From Pedobacter sp. (GTDB taxonomy: Bacteria; Desulfobacterota; Desulfuromonadia; Desulfuromonadales; Syntrophotaleaceae), in assembly GCA_050253415.1 (NCBI GenBank), contig JBFWJC010000001.1, forward strand, positions 648,679 to 712,678: a DNA stretch of 64,000 bases, given 5' to 3'. Of this stretch, positions 59,582 through 64,000 are shown one piece after another. Below the pieces are notes generated by a model. The model did no database searches, was not told where the DNA came from, and was given only the letters and a program-made list of their open reading frames with translations. Position 1 is the stretch's first letter. Each line of letters begins with the position of its first letter. The translations under genes were made by a program, and so were the position numbers.

Positions 59582-60193
59582 ATGCAAGCAGTTGCTGTCC
59601 GAGCTGAGGACAAATCCGAACTTAGGGCCACTATATTACAGGCCGCACAGGACCTCTTTCTTGAGGAAGGGTTTGAAAAATTTTCTATGCGGCGGCTGGC
59701 GCGTAAAATCGGTTATTCCCCGACAACGCTGTACAACTACTTTAAGGATAAACAGGATCTTATTTATTCCCTCTGTGAAGATCTTTTTGCCTCCTATCTG
59801 GACGCGTTGCAGCAATTGGCCGAATTGGAGGCAAACCCTCTTGAGCGTCTCAAAGGGTTTTTTTTATTAAGCATTCGATTTGGCTGCAGTCATCGGGATC
59901 ATTACCGTGTGGCATTTTTCTCCTCGGAGGCGGTCTACGGTCCTCCGGAGGAATTCATGTCCAGGGATTCCCTGGCCCGCAAATCCTATCTTTTTATACG
60001 TCAGGTCGTAGCCGATTGCATTGCAGGCGGAAAGTTTCGCCTGGCGGACCCAGAAGTGGTGACACAGGCATTTTTGGCTGCATCTCATGGCGTCATTGCA
60101 GCACATATTTTCTGGACGGACTTTCCTCTGGCCCCTCCCGACGTGCTGGGTGAAACGTTGCTCGATGGACTGCTTAAAGGCTTGCTGCCCTAA
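59582..60193 (+). CDS. TetR family regulator
   Basis: GFEKFSMRRLARKIGYSPTTLYNYFKDK; start uncertain. Confidence 0.92.
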   Translation: MQAVAVRAEDKSELRATILQAAQDLFLEEGFEKFSMRRLARKIGYSPTTLYNYFKDKQDLIYSLCEDLFASYLDALQQLAELEANPLERLKGFFLLSIRFGCSHRDHYRVAFFSSEAVYGPPEEFMSRDSLARKSYLFIRQVVADCIAGGKFRLADPEVVTQAFLAASHGVIAAHIFWTDFPLAPPDVLGETLLDGLLKGLLP

Positions 60194-60217
60194 TGGTTGT
60201 CAGGGACGAAAATTGTT

Positions 60218-62416
60218 ATGAATAACCGGGATCAATATAAATTTAAAGTCTATAGCGGTGGGCAGAAATCCGGACTGATAAAAACCGCTGCGCCATTTGA
60301 GCGGCGCGGTTCCCTCGACCGGGAACGGCTTGCACATGCCTTGAAACACGGCCGAGACTGGATGCTGTCTCTACAGGCCGAGGATGGCAACTGGGTATTT
60401 ACTCTGGAAGCGGATACGACCATTGCCTCCGAGTACATCATGTTACAGCGTTTTCTGGGTCGTCCTCTCTCCCCCGGGTTGCAACAGCGCATGGCCAATT
60501 ACCTGCTCAGCCGTCAGTTGCCGGATGGAAGCTGGGCCCTTTATGCCGGCGATGGTTTCGCCAATCTAAGCGCTACGGTCAAAGCTTATTTTGCACTCAA
60601 GCTTTTGGGGTATAAGCCTCAGAGTGAGCCATTGGTGCGGGCTCGGCAAATCATCCTGAGTCTTGGCGGCGCAGAGCGTTGCAATGTGTTCACCCGTATC
60701 GGCCTGGCGCTGTTCGGGCAAATTCCCTGGTATACCGCACCGGCCATGCCGGTTGAAATCATGCTTCTGCCGCGCTGGTTTTTCTTCCATCTGAGCAAAA
60801 TTTCCTATTGGGCACGTACCGTGGTGGTGCCCTTATTGATTCTCTACGCTCACCGACCGGTATGTCGACTGGAGCCTTGGGAAGGGGTTCCCGAGTTATT
60901 CGTGACGCAACCGGACAAGTTGGGTCATCTCGATGAATACAGACCCGGTAAATGGCGAAAAAATTTATTTATCCTGGTAGATCGCATCACCAAAAAGACC
61001 CTGCGGTTTATCCCCCGCCGCCTCCATGCACATGCCGTAACCAAGGCGGAAAAATGGACCCGCGAACATATGCAGGGCGCTGGCGGTGTCGGAGCTATTT
61101 TCCCGGCTATGGCCAATGCGGTGATGGCGTTGCGAACCCTGGGGTGTGCTCAAACGGATGCCGATTATCAGCGCGGCATCAAGGCACTTGACGAGCTGCT
61201 TATCGAGCGTTGCGACGTTTCTCCGCAAGAAGATACCCCTGTTTCGCCTTGCTGGTGTACCGGCGGGTCGGTAGCCCCGATACTTGATCCAAGCCCTGTT
61301 GGCAGTCAGGCAGCTGGGGGGGAGCAAGGCATGTGTCAACCTTGCGCCTCGCCGATATGGGATACCGGTCTGGCGCTTACCGGATTGCTCGAGGCGGGAC
61401 TCGATATCAAGCATCCGGCGGTTGATCGTGCGGTTCGCTGGCTGCTTGACCAGCAGGTCAGCATCAAAGGCGATTGGGCACAACGGGTCCCGGATCTTGA
61501 GCCGGGTGGCTGGGCTTTTCAATTTGAAAATGCGCTGTATCCCGATCTTGACGATACCAGCAAGGTGCTTATGTCCCTGATCCGTGCCGGAGCGCTGGAT
61601 AACCCGGCCTATCGCAGGGAAATGTCGAGGGCCATTAACTGGGTGATCGGCATGCAGAACTCCGACGGCGGGTGGGGAGCTTTCGATGTTGATAATAACT
61701 ATCTGTATCTCAATGATATTCCCTTCGCAGACCACGGTGCCTTGCTTGATCCCAGTACTGCCGATGTAACAGGCCGCTGCATTGAAATGCTTGGTATGAT
61801 TGGTTTTGGACCTGATTTTCCCCCCATTGCCAGAGGGGTAGAATATCTACGCCGCGAGCAGGAGAGTTTTGGCGGCTGGTATGGTCGATGGGGAGTGAAC
61901 TATATTTACGGCACCTGGTCGGCCCTGTCGGGTCTCAGCCAGGTTGGTGAGGATCTGCACTCTCCCGGCATCCGGCGGGCGGTGGCGTGGCTCGAATCGG
62001 TGCAGAATCCGGATGGCGGATGGGGAGAGACCTGCTATTCCTATGACGATCCCGGCTTGGCCGGTCGCGGCGCCAGTACGGCTTCTCAAACTGCCTGGGC
62101 GTTACTTGGACTGCTGGCGGTCAAAGAGGTGGACAACCTTGCGGTACGACGCGGTATTCAGTATCTGGTTGAGGAGCAGAACCGGGCCGGAGGGTGGGAT
62201 GAGCGCTATTTCACCGGAACCGGTTTTCCCCGGGTCTTTTATCTGCGCTATCACGGGTATAGCCAGTATTTTCCGCTTTGGGCTCTCGGCGTGTATGAGC
62301 GACTCAGTTCCGGCCATCCAAGCCTCCAGCAGAAGGTACGGCGGGCAGGTCCGGTCGGTCTGTTTTTGCCGGTCCTCGATCGGCATAAAAAATTGCGCCG
62401 TAAGCGTAAAAGTTAA
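60218..62416 (+). CDS. shc: Squalene-hopene cyclase
   Basis: QW repeats (QxxDGxW), catalytic YPDLDDT, SPIWDT, GRWGVNYIYGT, FTGTGFPRVFYLRYHGY. Confidence 0.97.
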   Translation: MNNRDQYKFKVYSGGQKSGLIKTAAPFERRGSLDRERLAHALKHGRDWMLSLQAEDGNWVFTLEADTTIASEYIMLQRFLGRPLSPGLQQRMANYLLSRQLPDGSWALYAGDGFANLSATVKAYFALKLLGYKPQSEPLVRARQIILSLGGAERCNVFTRIGLALFGQIPWYTAPAMPVEIMLLPRWFFFHLSKISYWARTVVVPLLILYAHRPVCRLEPWEGVPELFVTQPDKLGHLDEYRPGKWRKNLFILVDRITKKTLRFIPRRLHAHAVTKAEKWTREHMQGAGGVGAIFPAMANAVMALRTLGCAQTDADYQRGIKALDELLIERCDVSPQEDTPVSPCWCTGGSVAPILDPSPVGSQAAGGEQGMCQPCASPIWDTGLALTGLLEAGLDIKHPAVDRAVRWLLDQQVSIKGDWAQRVPDLEPGGWAFQFENALYPDLDDTSKVLMSLIRAGALDNPAYRREMSRAINWVIGMQNSDGGWGAFDVDNNYLYLNDIPFADHGALLDPSTADVTGRCIEMLGMIGFGPDFPPIARGVEYLRREQESFGGWYGRWGVNYIYGTWSALSGLSQVGEDLHSPGIRRAVAWLESVQNPDGGWGETCYSYDDPGLAGRGASTASQTAWALLGLLAVKEVDNLAVRRGIQYLVEEQNRAGGWDERYFTGTGFPRVFYLRYHGYSQYFPLWALGVYERLSSGHPSLQQKVRRAGPVGLFLPVLDRHKKLRRKRKS

Positions 62417-62449
62417 AAAAGGGGAGCCGCTGGCTCCCCTTTTATTTTC
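62415..62449. terminator. Bidirectional terminator
   Basis: aaaaggggagcc-gct-ggctcccctttt. Confidence 0.85.
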
Positions 62450-62481
62450 AGGCTGATTGTTTACGGGTTGTCCTCACTGTT

Positions 62482-62931
62482 TTACGGAGCCATGTTTTTG
62501 TCCTGCAATTCCTTTAGGGCCTGCTCGCTCTTGCTCAGCCCTGCCATCTGCATGCCCTTGAGGATGTGGTCTGCCTTGGTGAACTGGATGTTTGTGTACT
62601 CCACCACCTGGATGTGATTGCCCCAGGGATCGAGAAAGTCGAGTCCTCGGCTCGGTATGATTTGGGCTCCGAGTTTTTCAAGGGTAAGTCGGATCGGGTC
62701 GCGCTTGTCGACTACCAGTCCGAAGTGACGGTGGGTGTCGGGGGGCTGTGTCCGTCCTTCCGACAGGGCCAGAAACTGATCGCCCATATCAATGAACGCC
62801 ATTCCCGGGGCGCGTCCGCGCAAGGTAATATGAAAGATGCTGCCGTAAAACTCAAGGGCTGAATCGATGTCATCGACCTCCAGTGCGACATGATTGATCC
62901 CGACCATGGTGGCTTTGGGTGCTTGTGTCAT
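62482..62931 (-). CDS. VOC/glyoxalase family protein
   Basis: GINHVALEV, ALEFY, HFGLVVD, DPWGNHIQV. Confidence 0.9.
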   Translation of the reverse strand: MTQAPKATMVGINHVALEVDDIDSALEFYGSIFHITLRGRAPGMAFIDMGDQFLALSEGRTQPPDTHRHFGLVVDKRDPIRLTLEKLGAQIIPSRGLDFLDPWGNHIQVVEYTNIQFTKADHILKGMQMAGLSKSEQALKELQDKNMAP

Positions 62932-63197
62932 AACCGTTACTCCTTGTTGCAGGCTTTTGCGGGTTTTAACCTCGTCCTTCAAGCATACGGCAAAATGATG
63001 ACAATGCATTCACCGCGGAGGACGCTGAGAACGCAGAGACAGTTATTGATTTTCAGGCTCTCCCCTGCTTTTTCAGTTCTATGCGCAATGTGTGATCCGC
63101 ACTTTTCTATTATATCAACCTGTAGAAATGGTGACCCTGCTGATGAAATCCAAGGGGCGCAAACGGTGTAAAAGGCCAAGTTCGAACAGCGAATTAA

Positions 63198-63257
63198 AAA
63201 GGGCCGCATCTACCCGACTCGACCCATTGAAAGGTGCGCCGGGCGGATGCGGCCCTC
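63198..63257 (-). terminator. Long hairpin, probable amt terminator
   Basis: agggccgcatctacccg...cgggcggatgcggccct with an A run on the left. Confidence 0.6.
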
Positions 63258-63287
63258 GTAGTTTATGATCGGGATGAACGTATCCGG

Positions 63288-64000
63288 TTATTTCACGTGC
63301 TCCTCGGGGTAAGCGTTGATGCTGTGGATTGAAAGGTCAGGTCCGGCAAATTCCTGCTCCTTCGTCAGGCGCATGCCAAATACTTTGCGGATTACACCGT
63401 AGATGACGAATCCATTGAGCAGGGCATAGAGGACGGCCAAAAGGCTTCCCCCCAGCTGCGACATGAAGGTGACGCCGCCCATTCCCCCGAACAGGGGGTA
63501 TCCAAAAATCCCTGCGGCGATGCCGCCCCAGGTACCAATGACACCGTGCAGGGGCCAGACGCCGAGTACGTCGTCAATCTTCAGTTTTTCCTGTTCCCAC
63601 TTGAAACCGTAGACAAAAATCAGCGAGCCAAAGCCACCCATGAAAAAAGCGGCCAGCGGATGCACGATATCCGATCCTGCGCAGATGGCGATCAGGCCGG
63701 CCAGCGCACCGTTATGCAGAAAGCCGGGGTCGTTGCGTCCCGCGACGAGGGCAAAAAGCACGCCGCCGACCAGTGCCATAAGCGAGTTGACAGCCACCAG
63801 CCCGGAAATGCCTGTGACCTGCTGGGCGCTCATGACATTGAATCCGAACCAGCCAACCGCCAGGATCCAGCTTCCCAGAGCCAAAAACGGGATATTGCTG
63901 ACGGGGATGGCATGACTGCGTCCATGGACATAACGTCCCTGGCGTGCTCCAAGCAGTAGAACGGCGGGTAAGGCAAGCCAGCCGCCCATGGAGTGAACCA
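63288..64000 (-). CDS. amt: Ammonium transporter (Amt family), 3' part
   Basis: VHSMGGW, GWFGFN, NGALAGL, IDDVLGVWPLHG; runs off the window end. Confidence 0.93.
   Translation of the reverse strand, partial: VHSMGGWLALPAVLLLGARQGRYVHGRSHAIPVSNIPFLALGSWILAVGWFGFNVMSAQQVTGISGLVAVNSLMALVGGVLFALVAGRNDPGFLHNGALAGLIAICAGSDIVHPLAAFFMGGFGSLIFVYGFKWEQEKLKIDDVLGVWPLHGVIGTWGGIAAGIFGYPLFGGMGGVTFMSQLGGSLLAVLYALLNGFVIYGVIRKVFGMRLTKEQEFAGPDLSIHSINAYPEEHVK

Overview
Gene-dense, mostly core-chromosomal 64 kb window from an anaerobic, GC-rich deltaproteobacterium. Gene content fits Desulfuromonadales (Pelobacter/Syntrophotalea-like); this is an inference, not a database result. I see no integrase, transposase, prophage or CRISPR array. 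Contents: class III ribonucleotide reductase locus, murI-GerMN-metH-split transketolase-sigma54 regulator block, a stress/ion block (PfpI, MBL hydrolase, class II photolyase, anion permease, MscS, P-loop ATPase, corA, ybgA), c-di-GMP and two-component genes, an orphan NuoF/HydB-type flavoprotein, modF, ald, serA, tRNA-fMet, SAM-I riboswitch-metX, uup, a MoxR/VWA pair, an MCP, TetR-shc and a partial amt. Three top observations: (1) NrdD is split. Its glycyl-radical loop, and apparently the last ligand of its Zn site, are encoded by a separate 48-aa ORF (8661-8807) that the ORF track misses. (2) A Nudix hydrolase closely resembles eukaryotic NUDT9/TRPM2 NUDT9-H over its whole length. (3) A 58-aa Cys-rich microprotein ends in a beta-clamp-type motif (QLDLF) and has its own promoter flanked by a perfect inverted repeat. 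All family calls come from motif recognition by eye; start codons were adjusted by RBS inspection.
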